The notes beneath the pieces are model-generated. The model ran no database searches, was not told where the DNA came from, and saw nothing but the letters and a program-made list of their open reading frames with translations. Positions 24,259 to 38,174 of a stretch of DNA of 64,000 nt are shown here, one piece after another. The stretch's first letter is position 1. Every line of letters starts with the position of its first letter. This stretch comes from Anolis carolinensis (lineage: Eukaryota): positions 260,881,749-260,945,748 of the forward strand of contig NC_085842.1 in assembly GCF_035594765.1 (NCBI RefSeq), given 5' to 3'. The position numbers and the translations under genes are program-made.

Positions 24259-27200
24259 AGGCGACAGGGAGGAAGAGGAGGGCCTGACACTTTAGGGAAC
24301 CTTTTCTCAAGAAGGAGAGCATGTGACACACAAAGACACATCCCCCAACCCAGAAGGAGAAAAAAAAAAGAAAAAGGAGAGAGAAAGGAAGTAGAAGAGG
24401 CAACTATGGTTGATCTCCTCCTCCTCTATTGGGGGCGAGTTAACTAAGTCTGTGCTGCCTTTCTGTCCCCTCCTCCCATCTTTCTCTCCTTCCTTCCTTC
24501 TCATTCACTGACTTGGGACCTCCCTCTCTCTCCGATAAGGACAAGGGGGATGGGAGTGAGGGGGGCAAGCCTTGGGGGAAGTGGAGCCTTTCCAGCCAAG
24601 AGGCATCCTCGGCCTCACCACTTCCTCCGCCGCCCGCTCCCAGCTCCAGCTCTGTTGCTGCTGCTTCCTCCGATGGGGGACTTCTATGACACAGGCACAC
24701 GGAACTCATATCACGGATGACAGAGTGTGTTGAGCAGAGTGGTGATTATTGGAAAAGTGGTGTAGTGCCTATGCTATGATCCATGTAAGTATTGTTGAAA
24801 CATATTCATTCTTTGTTTTTTTTAAAGTGTCTTGTAACTTTACTTTCCAGATAACTCTCAAACATATTGAAATGCACCAAAAAAGTTAGATGTAGAATGA
24901 AAGTTTAAAATTTGTCATGAAAACTCTCATGTCTCTTATGTCTGGTATTTAAAAGTAGAGGAACTAGTATGGAAACAGCACATGGAACCAAGACAAAAGG
25001 GCAAATTGGAACAGTAGGAACCAAAAGCAATGGAATGCTACAACTGCATATAGTTGGCCCAGTAAAGGTATCACTATTTTTCTTTATGGTCAGTTTGGCT
25101 GCTCCTGAATATGACAATTACCTTTATTAACTGTTCTTTATTAACAATTCATGCTATGCTATTGAAAAGCAGACTTGTGGTTTAAATTTCCGTGGTGAAC
25201 AAAAAAATATTACTAAAGGAGGAGGAGGAGAGGAAGAGGAGGGGAGTTGTGAGGTCTCCCTGCAAGACATGTGCATGTGTTTTGATGGATAAAATTATAA
25301 AGGAAATAGTAAGTCTCATATATATGTAAAAATGCATCCCTAAATTCCCTGTACTAGAATATGGCAGTATATGGCAGTTTGTGAAAGACAGTGACTGACA
25401 ACAATATTCCATGCTTCATTGTATAAGGAAATGACTTCATTTCTATTGGAACTGTTGACTATTTCTACTCAACAGAGACCAGCATTGACTCATTTTGACA
25501 TAATGTCCTCCACAAAACACTGGCTATGGAATAATATACTGGACGAATTAAGTCTGTGAGAAAAGTTAGAGGGAAACATAATTAATCTTTTCTACTTACT
25601 TAAAATGAACTTTGGATGTACCATTTTTCAGAAGTAAAATGTGACTATTAAGAGAAAGGGTAATCAGAATGAGTCTGAGAGATGATCACCATAATGCTAC
25701 AACTCTCAGTTCTACCTTCTGGTGATTAGGACCTTATCACAGACACCACAGAAAATGCCTTTTTCGTAGCAACCCGTGGCTTAAGAGGACTTCATGTATA
25801 CTGGATAATATACCCACATCATCACACTGGGATCTTTCATTCTCTAATAAAATAATGCATTTTTTACTCTTCACATGGCAGATGGATGACTACTCCCAAT
25901 TCATTGGATGTGCCCCCATGTCACTATCTTTCTTTTATTTTTTCTCCCCCCCCTTTTTTTTTTTGGAAGACCTTGCATAACCACACATGTTTGTGATCTC
26001 CATCCAAATGAAGAACATAAAACATATTTTTGGTCCTACAGAATTGTGCAGTTCTGATTTTTTTTTTTAAAAAAAAAAAACATCTGCTATTAGAGTACTT
26101 TAAAAATCCAATATAGGGATAATTATTACAGGGCAACACAGCAAATGTAGAGAAATAGAACTCATATGAATTTTAAGCCACTTATTTCAATGGGAACCCC
26201 ACCCTTTTAAAATTTACTTCTGCAAACCACACAATCTGTTCAACAATTTATTTCAATGGGAAATCCCACAATCTGTTGAACCACTTCTGGCACTACAAAC
26301 CCCATGATCTGTTAACAGATGGTGAGCTGTTGACAACCTGCAAATGGGGTACCATCACATGTGAAATACCACACTTCTGATGCATGTGGAGGAATTAAAA
26401 ATGTGGAGTCAATTTCCACCTGTCTTACAAAAGGTACTGTCTGCAGATCCTTTGCCTACAGATGCCTATGAGTTACATACAAAATGGGCCATATGTCTTA
26501 TAATGGGATCCGTAGAAAGCAGTATGCAAAGGACATTAGAGAGGAGGTATTTTACTGAGTGTTAAGATCCATAGTACAGTATTTCATTGTCAAACTGCCC
26601 AGATAAATAGATAGACAGACTGACAGATGGTTGATAGCAGTTGTAGTTCTTGAAAAATATCTGGTATATGTATCAACCATTTGAGGATTCCCAATGTGAC
26701 TATACTAATTTCATATATTTACATACAACCATTTTTGTTAAAAATATATTCCATACCTTGACAGTCCCTGAATGGTTGAGAAAGACATACTTTAGCCAAG
26801 GCAGTCACATTTTAGACTTGAGGCACATAGTGAGATGAAAGTGCTATACTGAACAACATTTGCGAAACAGAGAGGAACTATGTTTTCTCTGCAGATTCTG
26901 CCTTGTTGAATCATGCAGGAAGTATTGATTATATTTCAAAGTTTTCCCTTCTCCCCTTGCCACCTTCACTGATGCCTATGACTTCATCTGTCTCAGACTG
27001 TCTAAGCTTCAAACGGATTCTTGAAATGCAGGAAGGAAATATTTCATAAAAATATGCTATACTACTAAACAGTAAACCTCTCACCATCCAGATATTTTTC
27101 CTTTACCATCTTCAGGTATACTGTTACCTTTATTGTGAATGAGGAATATCTAAAATGCACATACATTTGTAAAATTCCTCTAGACTCTTCTGTTGATGAA

Positions 27201-28316
27201 ATAATTTTGTCCTTGAAGATCGGGATTTTAGCAGGTATTTTTAACCCAGATATAAACTGGATTAAATGGTTTACCCCACATTAGAATTGTATGTCATTTA
27301 GATGTTCCAGGCTGATGTGATTACTATCACACACTATGTGGCAGTGTAGATGGACCTTCAAAAAAGATATTATTACTAGAGAAATCCAAACATAGGTCCA
27401 CATTCTCCAGCCTTTTTGAGGATTGTGTCTAAGTTCCAAATTCAGATAGAAGAGGGAAGCCTACAGAGAGTTACTTACAATGCAGTCCCTCTTGCTGTTT
27501 TAGGAACAAGTGAAGACTTTTTAACAACTGAAAGTGAGAGGAAGTAACTTCTTATGGTTTGTTTGTTTTAGGAATAAAGACCTCTTGGGCCTAAAATGGT
27601 CTGGCGATGCCACATTTCTCCAGAGAGCATTTCAGATCAAAAAAATGAAAAAAACTAATTCAAAACTGTATTGCAGAACTTGAAGAATTGTGAATGTTAC
27701 ATGCTGGTTTTTAACATATAAATGAGGTAGATTTGCATCTCAGTGTGAAGCAAACCAGTTTCTTCCTTATCCCTTTATTTCCCACTCTTTCTGAATCTTC
27801 AAAATATGTTGCCTTTTGTTGTGAAAAATTTCAGCTTAACAATTGTTCTACTCATTTACATCACTTGGAATCATTCCCTAAGGAGCCAGAATTAGGCCCT
27901 TCATCTTCAGTGAGGGTCTTAAGGTCCCCCCCCCTTTGGAATTAATAGGTGCCATGTGCATTGGATTTCACAAGAGAAAGCTCTGGGGACAGGAAAGTTT
28001 TGAGATGGACAGCTTGAGTTTGGGAAAGAGGGGCATTTCTTTAAGCAACTCCTACATTGGTGCCTTCTTGGTGAATGCCAGTTAGGCCACCTCCCTCCCT
28101 CTTTATATATTTAAATAATCTTCCAGTTTTAGATATGTCATTTTTAAGTTGACTGTTTTAAAGCTTGAAATGTCTATTCAAAGTTCATAATTGTATTATT
28201 TACAATATTCACTTGAAAATCTATCCTTTGAGAATCCATGTCAGTGATCTGTCATGTCATCTAGCAGGTTGTGGTCAGTGGTTCAGTTGGCAAGAGAAGC
28301 ATCAGAAGATGCTTCT

Positions 28317-28466
28317 TGTGGAGGCTTCTTCTTTGGAGGCATTTAAACAGAGGTTGGATGGCCTTATGTCAGGGGTGATTTGAATGCGATTTCCCTGCTT
28401 CTTAGAAGGGGGTTGGACTGGATGGCCCACAGGGTCTCTTCCAACTCTGTGATTCTATGATTCTAT
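28317..28466 (+). mobile_element. CR1 LINE 3' end
   Basis: VEASSLEAFKQRLDG C-terminus, 3' UTR and tail gattctatgattctat. Confidence 0.9.
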
Positions 28467-29545
28467 AATATAAGAGAATATTTCATAGCATACTATGCTT
28501 TTCTGCTCCCAGATAAACATATTTTCTATATTTTCCCAAACCAACCTTACATACATGAGAGGTTTTCTCACTGCCGGGTATGAAACTAGAAATAAATCTT
28601 TGCATTTCTTGAATGGTATGTGTTCTGCCTCCATGCTAAACTAAATGAACTGGAAGGACCCATAGCACGAAGGACAGATTGGTGACTGTAGTTGGTGAAA
28701 CAAAATATTTTATTAATAGACAAAATTTATCTCTTTTCCTCTTGTTGCCACTATGAATTCTCTTGTGAGGAAAGAAATCTTTGAGTCTATGCAGTTCTGG
28801 ATAGATATTGCCACAGAGTATAAAGTCTTGTTATGACTGGATTCTTTGTATCTTTGAGATGACTTCAATGCAGTGTTGACATGGCTTTCTCTATTGCTGT
28901 AGTCTGTGGCTTTTTAATCTAATTTGAATACAGTTCCAACGTGATGTGAATTTCTGTGATCCTTTTACTTCCTACACTTCCTTCCAGTGCCTCACCAACT
29001 GACAAATTCTAACTGACAAAGAATAACTGCCATTTCAGGCTGCCAGGAGCCAAGGCTAAGCTCTGCCCCTTTCGAATCTTAAAGAGACAGGGCAGCAGGT
29101 AATGTTTTGCCTCCTCGTGGCATGACAGTATGCATCACTAACAATGAGAAGCTATTGGCCTGGGAAGTAGGCACCACAGAATCATGCCTAGTGTCTAAAA
29201 AGGAAGCTAAGAATGCAGTGTTATTGCTAATACTTCATGGAACTGTTTGAAGTAACATGCTTATCAGGTCCATTGAGCACTAATTACAGTTTCTAACTCA
29301 TGCTATAATGTATTGTTGATATATAGAATATATTGTAGTTTTCCAATGTGGTATCACTAGGTTTACCAGCAAAAGTTTTAATGATGTTCAAATACAACAG
29401 TAAACTTAAAGCATTTGGATTTTGCCATTTTTTTTAACAATTGTGGAGGGCTACAGCATTAGCCATATAAATAGTATCCTAAAATTCAGTTTATTTATTT
29501 GTGGTTAAATTTATAACACACTTTTTCCTCCAAGGAAGATTGGAG

Positions 29546-29748
29546 GTGTGTGTGCATATATGTGCCCTCAGGTTACTTGTTGACTTAAAGAGTTCCCATG
29601 AGCTTCATAGAGTTTTGTTATGCAATGAATATTCAGAGGTGTTTTTGCCAGTTCCTTCCTCTGAAATATAGCCTACAACATCTGGTATTCATTGACAGTC
29701 TTCTATCCGAGTGCCAGAACCAGGACTGGCCCTGCTAGCTTCCTAGAT
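29546..29748 (-). mobile_element. 5S rRNA-derived SINE with RTE/Sauria-type tail
   Basis: Reverse strand resembles 5S (ggaagctagcagggccagtcctggtt..gaataccagatgttgtaggc), followed by the body and tail also seen at 56156 and 59985. Confidence 0.8.
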
Positions 29749-30229
29749 ATTTCTGCAAAACAGAAATACAACAAGCAATCATTATAGAATTGAATCACGC
29801 ACCACCAAAAGTTAGAACTAACACATGGTAATCAAAACAGCATTAAAGCAAAAGATTGCTTAAAAGTAGGGTGCTTTAGTTATGAATTTTTCTCACAGTA
29901 CTTTGAGGATAAAATCCATTGACTCTGAAGTGCCATGTTAAAGTAGATCTTAATAAGATATTCAGCACCACCACTATCCTGCTTTTTTGGGATCAGTTTT
30001 AATTGATGTGATCTTATGATGTGGATAGCAAATCTTAGTACATGAACAAATATCAGCAAAGAATAAATGTTAATAATATATACATGCAGTCTTGTGATTG
30101 ATAGCATGCTCTCTACACTTCTGCCTCTTCCATTATTTATTAATTTAGGATACAGTCTTTGATTGGATGTTTCAAATGTGTAGTCTTTGAGAGTTTTACT
30201 CATTGCCCTTAAAAAGGTGATAGTGTGAA

Positions 30230-31472
30230 CACATAAAAGGCATCCAATGATTTCTATCAGTTGTGGACCAGACACTAATACCCTGTTTTTAAGGAAGAGA
30301 CTGTACAAGGAAATAAAGTCTAGACAATGGCAAAATATTACTTCTGTACAATCTGGTTTGCAGACTGGTTTTGGAAACAGTTTAGCCTTGATCATCATTT
30401 ATCAAGAGATGGTTAAAGGGATGATGACCTTGCTAATTCTGCTCAATATCTTTAAGTTAATTGACCATGATATATTCCTAGACTGTTTCTGTGTGATGAA
30501 TATGAAGGTCAATTACAAATAGTACCAATAGGATGTCTTGTCAATTTGTCTGTGTTGTGTCAGGACAGCATTTTGCTTCTCAGTACTCTTCAACAGCGAT
30601 TTATAGCCACTGGGGGCAGATGATTAATAAGATGGTTGGCTCAAAAAGGTGTAGTTAGCATTTGAACATTCCATAACAAAAAATGAGAAGGACCACATAA
30701 TGTCCATGATGAATATGGAAGCATAATCCACTGAACTGAGTAGTTTCTCAGCTGAATACAATCAGGATTACTGGTGTATAAGTGGAGGATAGGTTTGGGG
30801 GTCAAAATTATGAGTTGTGCTTTGATCATGAATAAGTCAAAGATGAAAGTTAGGAGTATGTAACAAAATATTTTTTCTCCTCTTTTAAAAATGTATAAAG
30901 AAGGGCACACATTAGGAAGAGGTAATGAGAAGTAGAGGATCTGTTTAACTGAGGGATTGCAATGAGGGGTTCAATTGTATCACTGATCTTAAAATGTCTT
31001 CATCTGTGATTGAGGTCCAGGTTATTTCAAGGATTGTATCTCTTTCTATGACCTGTCAGATATCTATGATAATTTAGATGCCTTATTTCCCTCAAACTCA
31101 AGCATGTTTGGTGGGAACAAGAGAGAGGGACTTTTTGGTGGCTGTTCCCAGACTTTGGAATTCCCTCCCAAAGGAGACCAGGATGGCCCATCCCTGTTTG
31201 ACTTCTGCAAACAGAAAGACATTCTGTGTGAGCAGGCATTTGCAGGAAGGTGAGGAGCATGCTGCTGGGGAGGTTGTGGTGGAACTTGGGGGTTAGGGTG
31301 GTGGGTTTTAAATGTAATTTTAATTGTATTTATTCTATTTGAATTGAATGTTTGTTTTTATGTTTATGCATGAATATTTAATTGTTTTATAATGTTTGTA
31401 TTTGTTTTGTTTAAAATTGTTATCAGAGTGTGTTGTTGTTAATGCCTTGAGTCTCTATGAGAAGAAAGGTGT
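30230..31472 (+). mobile_element. Highly decayed L2 LINE (RT to 3' end)
   Basis: QSGLQTGFG..LLILLNIFKLIDHDIFLD (RT); LVGTRERDFLVAVPRLWNSLPKE (C-terminus); L2-type tail running into (TAA)n. Confidence 0.75.
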
Positions 31473-31474
<2 letters not shown>

Positions 31475-31522
<48 letters not shown>

Positions 31523-31535
31523 TAATAATAATAAT
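31475..31535. repeat. (TAA)n microsatellite (L2 tail)
   Basis: Direct reading. Confidence 0.95.
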
Positions 31536-33989
31536 TTATAAATACAGTCTGGGAAAGAAATATAAGTAAGGAGAATTCAGCCTGAAAACAGGGAGTGGAG
31601 GAGAAGAACAAGGAAATCAATCTGCCTCTAAAGGGACCCAGTGCCAAGGTAGTGTTAAGAGATAGAGGTGAGAAACTCCCACCCAGTTACCACCTCATTG
31701 CCTATTCTGGAGAATGAAGTAACCGTCCCTCCTTCCTCACCTTTTTTCAGCTTGGACAGAATTCAGCAGCAATATGAACATGCCATTTTGGGTGCTTGAA
31801 GTGGAAAGGAGTGGCAGTGACAATTTTTAATAAATGCTTAAAGTTTTCTAGAGAGATTGTGGCCATTTTCAATACATGTAAGACCCCATTCCAGCACTGA
31901 CCTCTATACAAGTCAATCCAGGTTTGTGTGCGTGTGTGTGTGTGTGATTTTTATTCTTTTTCTTTTAGTTATGCCTAAGTATATACAGTAGACTAGTGAA
32001 GAGACCTTCCCCTTGATCTCCCTTTCAATCCCCTTGATTTTGTGAATGAAACTCCCTATTAAATATAAACTTTTCCCTACCAGCATCTCTAAGATATTGC
32101 CTAACAAGCTCATATTCTCCAGTGCCAAATCTGCGAGAGTGTAATAAAGTGTTACTAAACATATAAAATAATAACACAGATCAGTTGATTGAAGGAAAAA
32201 ATAAAATTAGTTTTTCATTTCCTTGGCATATTTCTTCTCATTTCAAAAGACTTGTTATATTTCATTTTTCAGCCAATTCCCACATTTCTTCTAACCACTG
32301 AAATTTAATAGGTAAAGTCACAGCTTTCCACAGCTAAGCAATATTATTCTACTTATAATGTTGTGCTCAGGGTAGGACTTAGCAACATGAGCAGGAGTTG
32401 CTATCAAATGCATATGAACTGGTGTGCAATGCTTTGAAGTAAAAAAAAATACACAATACCAGCTGAAGTGTGAAGAAGCAGAAGTCTGTTAAATTCAATG
32501 AACTCCTATAAGACGAAAAATCCCAAAGTCTAAACTCACCACAAATAGCATAGATTATTTGCCTTCAGGTTCTATCTTGTATCATTTTTTGATGTTGTTT
32601 AGTTATTGTTGCTGTTGCAAATACTTGCTTATTCACTTAGATTGGCTAATGTTTATCTTAGAGATAAACATAATCAATAGCCAGGAAAAAATACATAAAT
32701 AGTTTTTGTCTGTCTCCTGCAAATTAGAAGCACTGTATCCATGCTGAATGTGATTATTTCAGTCACAAACCCCTGAACTTGTTGGATTTCTGTTGTAATA
32801 TAAATCTCAATATGTTCCTGCTTGACATTCACAGCTGGTTTTGATCAGTCACCTATGAAAAGGAAGTTTCAATTAGTGCTGATCCCAACCTTTTCTCAAG
32901 ATAGAATTTTATGGCCGCTGAACCAATAGGCCTCTTTGTCCAAACATTACTTATGAGACTGAAACAAAACACAGCCAGAACAGTGAGTCATCCCTGTAAG
33001 AACTCAACTTTGTTGCAGAGGTCAGGCTCTGCCAAAACCATAAGAATTAGCTAGCCAAATTGAATTAGTGGTTGAAACACATTAATTTATACTAGATAAA
33101 TGTTATTGTGGCCCTGTGGGCAAGTACTTAGGTCATAGGCTTTATGAACTATTTGCAACAAGAGGGCTTAACAGCTGTAAATCAGAACCAGTGCATACCT
33201 TTGGAAAATATTTACAGCTCCTTGCCATCCCCTCATCGCCAGCCATTACAGAATGGCTCTTCATTCCTTGAGGGGAGGCAGTTCATGTGTTCTGTAATAC
33301 TTAATATACACACAGCAGATTAATAGTTTGGGTAGGCCCAGACAGAGTCTAGTTGAGACATGGCTATCTATTATGCTTGTGGCCCTTTCCACAGGCAGCT
33401 GTGTGTTTATCATTCCAGACAGCTCGCTGTGGGCATGGCGTTCTGGCTCAGCACCAGCTTTTTTGAAGCAATGCAGCTGTGCAATAAATGGAAGCCTTGA
33501 TGCTTCAAACACACACACAACTGAGCTTGACAAGGCTGTTTCTCTTCTGGAGTGGAATTAGATCCACTTAAGGCTGGACTATTTCTAGAATCAGAGGAGG
33601 AGAAATAAGTGGTTTCTGGCTGCAAATTGTGGCAACTGAGGAAAGATGCCAAGAGGGAATTATACATAAATGATAGTGTTTAAACTTGTTTTTATGTCTT
33701 CCAGAAAGCCTCTGCCAAAAAAAAATCTGACACAGTCTCATTGTCAAAAATTTTCATTGTGAGACTGTAGACAACATGCACTGATTCACTCCATAAGTGA
33801 GGGATAGTTGCACAGTTCTGACACACAGGCAGGTGTCAACGTGCTTTGGGAATCCATTAGTCTACCAGAATTTATTGAGATAGGGTACAGAAATGAAATA
33901 CAACATTAAATTAAATTAGTGCAAAGTATTCATCCTAAAGGAAAGAAAATATAATTAAATAGACATTTCTCAAAACTGATGGGATTAGA

Positions 33990-34524
33990 CATGTCAGCAG
34001 AATCAGCTAACTGAGGGATATAGCCTATTCATAAGTTATAACATATTCTAAAATACCCTATTCAGACAGAAAAGCAAAAGGAATATCATTATATAAAAAG
34101 GATGTGCCTGCTGTTGAGAAAAGCCATGACTTGGAGAAATAATTATAAAAGATATACAAACCAAGTTGGTCTTAAAGAATGTATTTCCAAAACAGATTTT
34201 TGAATGGGCAACAAGAAGGAATTTGGTACCAGTGGGAGACTATTTGAAAACTGTTAGGAGGTGAAGACTGCCAAGAATGTGAATTCCAGAAAGTTCATTT
34301 CATTTTTCAGAAGATGAAAAAAGTGAAAAAAGGATTGCTAACCTTGGACTTGATAATCCCAACAGGCGAGACTTAGTCATCAAAGTGGGTATAAGAGACC
34401 ACATCCTCTTGAGATTCATTATACAAAAGAAAGGGGAAACTGTCTGGACTTTGAGAAAACAGATATTAATTCGCTTAAGGAAATACTGGGTAAAATCCCA
34501 TTGCCTGAAATATCTGAAGATAAA
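33990..34524 (+). mobile_element. Decayed CR1 ORF2 endonuclease-region fragment
   Basis: GYSLF..; LDLIIPT..DHILLRFII..LDFEKTDINSLKEILGKIP resembles CR1 LDLILTN..SDH..LDFRKADF..LRELLGRIPW. Confidence 0.65.
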
Positions 34525-34660
34525 GTCATCCCTCCACACTTGTGGATTTGATTTTTGCAATTTGATTATTCACAGATTTGATTAATATGTTCTGCCTAGG
34601 AATCTCTAGATCCTCAAGGGTGACTCTGGTCACCTTCTGCTGGAAACTGAACCCAGGATT
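34524..34660. mobile_element. Tigger-like MITE fragment, same family as 17313
   Basis: agtcatccctccacacttgtggatt matches the inverted end of 17313-17676; ctaggaatctct..gtgactctggtca is shared. Confidence 0.65.
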
Positions 34661-34696
34661 TTTTTTCAAGCAGTTCACTAAGATGAGTATTTCCAT

Positions 34697-34737
34697 ACTT
34701 ATTTATTATGCAATGCTTTTGACATAAAATTAAAAAA
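34697..34737 (+). mobile_element. 41-bp extreme 3' remnant of a non-LTR retroelement (possibly Vingi)
   Basis: 11-bp TSD AGTATTTCCAT (34686-34696 and 34738-34748); matches 53395-53433. Confidence 0.75.
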
Positions 34738-35244
34738 AGTATTTCCATGTCCCTTCAGGATCAGCACTGAACTGTGGCAGAGTACAGGAAATGGGAATGA
34801 AGGGGCAGAAAGTGAGACTTCCCATGGGAATGATGTAGTTTCCCTCCCAGGAGATTATTTAGCCTCTGCCCAACCATGTTTTGGCATTTCTAAAAGTGTG
34901 TCAGTTGTAGCAGTGTGACATGTCCTGATAACTGCTCTGCATTTTCCCCATCCCAGTTTTGAGGCTTGCATGGGATATTTTTTGATCAGCTCCTGTTATT
35001 TGACTTGTTCCTGACTTTTGATGAGTTTTTTAAACACCGTGTTTCTGGCTTAAGGTACATTACAGTACACATTAGGAATAAGTGTTTTTTGTTGTGTGTA
35101 CCCTTTAACTGGATTCAAGCTTCATTATATGATCTGGTAGATGCACCTTTAATAGACTTCAAACCAAGCATTATCACCCCTCTGATGCCATGGCTAAAAT
35201 AATTGCAAAGTAATCAACAGAAATGCCATCTTCCGTTCAATAAA

Positions 35245-35747
35245 TGACATTTATATCCTCTATTCTGCTTTGTTCAGACCTTGCCTGAGATACTGTGCCC
35301 AGTTTTCAGCACAGAGAATGTGTTGGAAGAGAAGTGATCAAGACAGTGAAGAATCTAAAAACAAAGCCCCATTAGGGACAATCAGATGAATTTGATATGT
35401 TCAGTTAGAAAAAAAGAAATATAGAGAGATGAGATGATAGCCATCTTCAAATATCGGAAGGGATGAGACTTAGAAGATGAAATAATCTTATTTTCTAATG
35501 TTTCAGAGGATAGGACCAGAACCTCTGGATTCAAATTAAAATAAAGGAAATTTTGATTAGACATTAGGAACTTCCAGATGACAAAAGCTGTTCAACAATG
35601 AAATATACTACTTCAGAAGATGGAGAAATTTTACTTTATTGGGAATGATTCTCTGTAAGAGATTCTTTAGGCATGTATTCCCATATTGATAAAGTTTGGG
35701 CTGGTGGGTCCTTAAGATTCCTTCCTACTATACAATTTTATGATTCT
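35245..35747 (+). mobile_element. Old CR1 ORF2 C-terminus and 3' UTR
   Basis: LYSALFRPCLRYCAQF..MIAIFKY..; tail ttttatgattct. Confidence 0.8.
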
Positions 35748-37369
35748 GAATATAAGTTTGATTGAGCTCAACAGTGGTTAGAATAAACACATTCAGAATA
35801 TCTGAGAGGCCTCTTAAGAATTTCTTCTTTCATTTTTTTTGAGCCCATTAGTTTTCAGATAATGCAACCAGTACTGAAATTTGAATGGGATGCTGTTTTT
35901 TTTATTTCAACTTGTTATACAGGCAGAATTATCATAAACATCCTCCCCCCTATTTTGCCCCATATGAATGCAAGTGTATGCATGTTTACTCAGAAGTTGT
36001 CCCACAAAATTAAGTGAAACTTCTTCCCTAGGAGATATGTGTAGGACTCAGTGTCACTATTCTAACTGAGTAGGTAAAGAGCTTAGACGTCTAACTAAAT
36101 GTCAAGTCATGTCAACCTTTCTTTCTTTTGTAACATATATCTCATTAGAAGGTCTCACCTTTTTGAAATTATAAAATAAATTAGATTATCATAACTTCAT
36201 TTATAAAATCAGAAACAGAAACAGAGTTAAGTAATGGCAAATTTCATAAGCAAATTATGATCACATATGTCATCATGATCTCAGAAGGTATGTCCAAAAC
36301 AAAAAAAGCTAGCCTGCTAGCTGGCCAGCCATTATCTACTTGTTGTATATTATAAATGCCAACAGCTGAACAAGTTCATTGTAAAGGCTGTATTCCTGTA
36401 TATTTGAACAGAACTACGAAATCAGGAATCTCTGCACAATACCTGAGGCAAACCATTAATAATGATCCTTTGTATCAATGTTTTGGTCCATTAAATTGGG
36501 ACATAACTTAAAACCTGCCAACAACTTAGGACCAAGGAGGAGGAGGAGGAGGAGGGCAAATGTGCAAAGCAAACATTAATCTTTTGCATCAAATGAAAAA
36601 CTGTTTTTGCTAACCTATTTTTTGCTCTCTTATTCAAAAACAGCATCTTATAATTTAATTGGGAGGTTGTTTGCTCATCAGGAACATGATTAGTACTTAT
36701 GATCTAAAATGTGTTCAGCAATTTTTCTTTGAAAACTTTTTGGAACTCTGCAATAACATAATGAATCTCAATAAAAGGCAGACAAGAACAACCTTATGCA
36801 ACTTTCATTAAATAAAGTATTTACATTTTATTGTGAATCTGGTTTCAAATAATTCCATAAGATTTTATATAAAGTTTATGATGGAATACTCAACAATCAT
36901 TTCCAATCTTTTGAATCAAAAGGATGCCTTTTATATGCCAGTTTCCAGAAAAGTATACATGTCTGCTACACCAGGAAAAGAGCCTTGCAGCACCTTGAAG
37001 TCTTGTGGCACCTTAAACATTTTACAGAGAACACTTGCTTGGCTAAGCTTCAGTTTCTATTTCAATTCAAAATTTCATATTAATGGAAGCTTTGTCCAAA
37101 GTCAAATACTGGCTTCATGAGAATAATTGGAACACAGCAATTCCTGTTGACTTTACTTTTAATTCTGATCAAGAGACCTTTCAGTTGCAATGTATACATT
37201 ATCAACATAAATCAATAAATAAATGCCACATCCAGTGGTACTAGCTTGACCTCCAGAATGGATGGAAAATAGAAAACTAATAAAATACTACAAATGTTTC
37301 TATTATATCCCACATTAAATAGCGATTTACAAATCTATGTGTTGGTATAAAAAGTGCTTTCAAGATATT

Positions 37370-37815
37370 TAGATTGAGGGAAGTAATACTACTACTCTAT
37401 ACTGTTTGGTCTGACCTCATCTGGAATACTGTTTTGAGCTCTGGGCACCACAATTCAAGATGAAAGATGACAAGCTGGAAAGTGTTCAGAGGAGGCTGGC
37501 CAAAATGGTAAAAGGTCTGGAAGACATGCCCTATGAAGAGCTGGGGTAGTTGAACTTGGAGAAGAGAAGGTTAAGTGGTGACATGACTTTAAATGTCTGA
37601 ATGTGTCATATTGAAGATAGATTAAGTTAGTTTTCTGCTGCTCCAGAGACACAGAGTAATGGATCAAACTACAGGAAAAGATATTCCACCTAAACATTAG
37701 GGAGAACTTCTTACCTAACACTGAGTGCCCCTAGTCAGTGGAACACATGCCTCAGAGTGTGGTAAGGACCCCTCTCTGGATGTTTTTAAAGAAGCTGGAT
37801 GGCTATCTGTCATGA
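37370..37815 (+). mobile_element. CR1 ORF2 C-terminal fragment
   Basis: REVILLLY..PHLEYC..WAPQFK..DKLESVQRRLAKMVKGLEDMPYEE. Confidence 0.88.
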
Positions 37816-37841
37816 ATATCCTTGTGTCTGTCAACATATGA

Positions 37842-38174
37842 GGTCCCTATCGGCGACATGGACAGGTTTGCCTATACTTTTACAACGGAGCCCACCAGCT
37901 CCCATCCCATGACATAGAGCAACTTCCAGGGGGGCTTCATCATAAAATTATAGGTGAACCGGTGTATACTGCCGTTGCAACATGGGAGGCTTCCCGTGTT
38001 GAATAGAAGTCAATGGGGGGAAGCAGGGGTAGCTGATGCTTCCCCCCATGGAATGGGGATTCGGGTCAGTTGGGTGATGGGGGCATGGAGCGACGGGTTC
38101 CCTACGTCTACCGATGGGCACTGCTTGATTTGTCACAATGTGTGGTGATTCTGGGGGCCCATCTGATGTGGTCG
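37842..38174 (-). mobile_element. Family B TIR element, copy 2 (inverted)
   Basis: ggagcccaccagctcccatcccatgacataga matches the reverse complement of ~9806-9837; core gcaacatgggaggcttcccgtgttg. Confidence 0.7.

Noticed and set aside
24181-24709. Gly/Pro-rich ORFs on both strands
   Set aside because: Explained by GGA/CCT low complexity and the LTR junction.
29880-30398. Longest ORF in the window (172 aa, minus strand)
   Set aside because: No recognisable domain, partly antisense to a decayed L2, and composition typical of a chance AT-rich ORF.
31423-31647. Poly-Tyr ORF (also poly-Thr at 51288 and poly-Leu at 47549)
   Set aside because: Translations of microsatellites.
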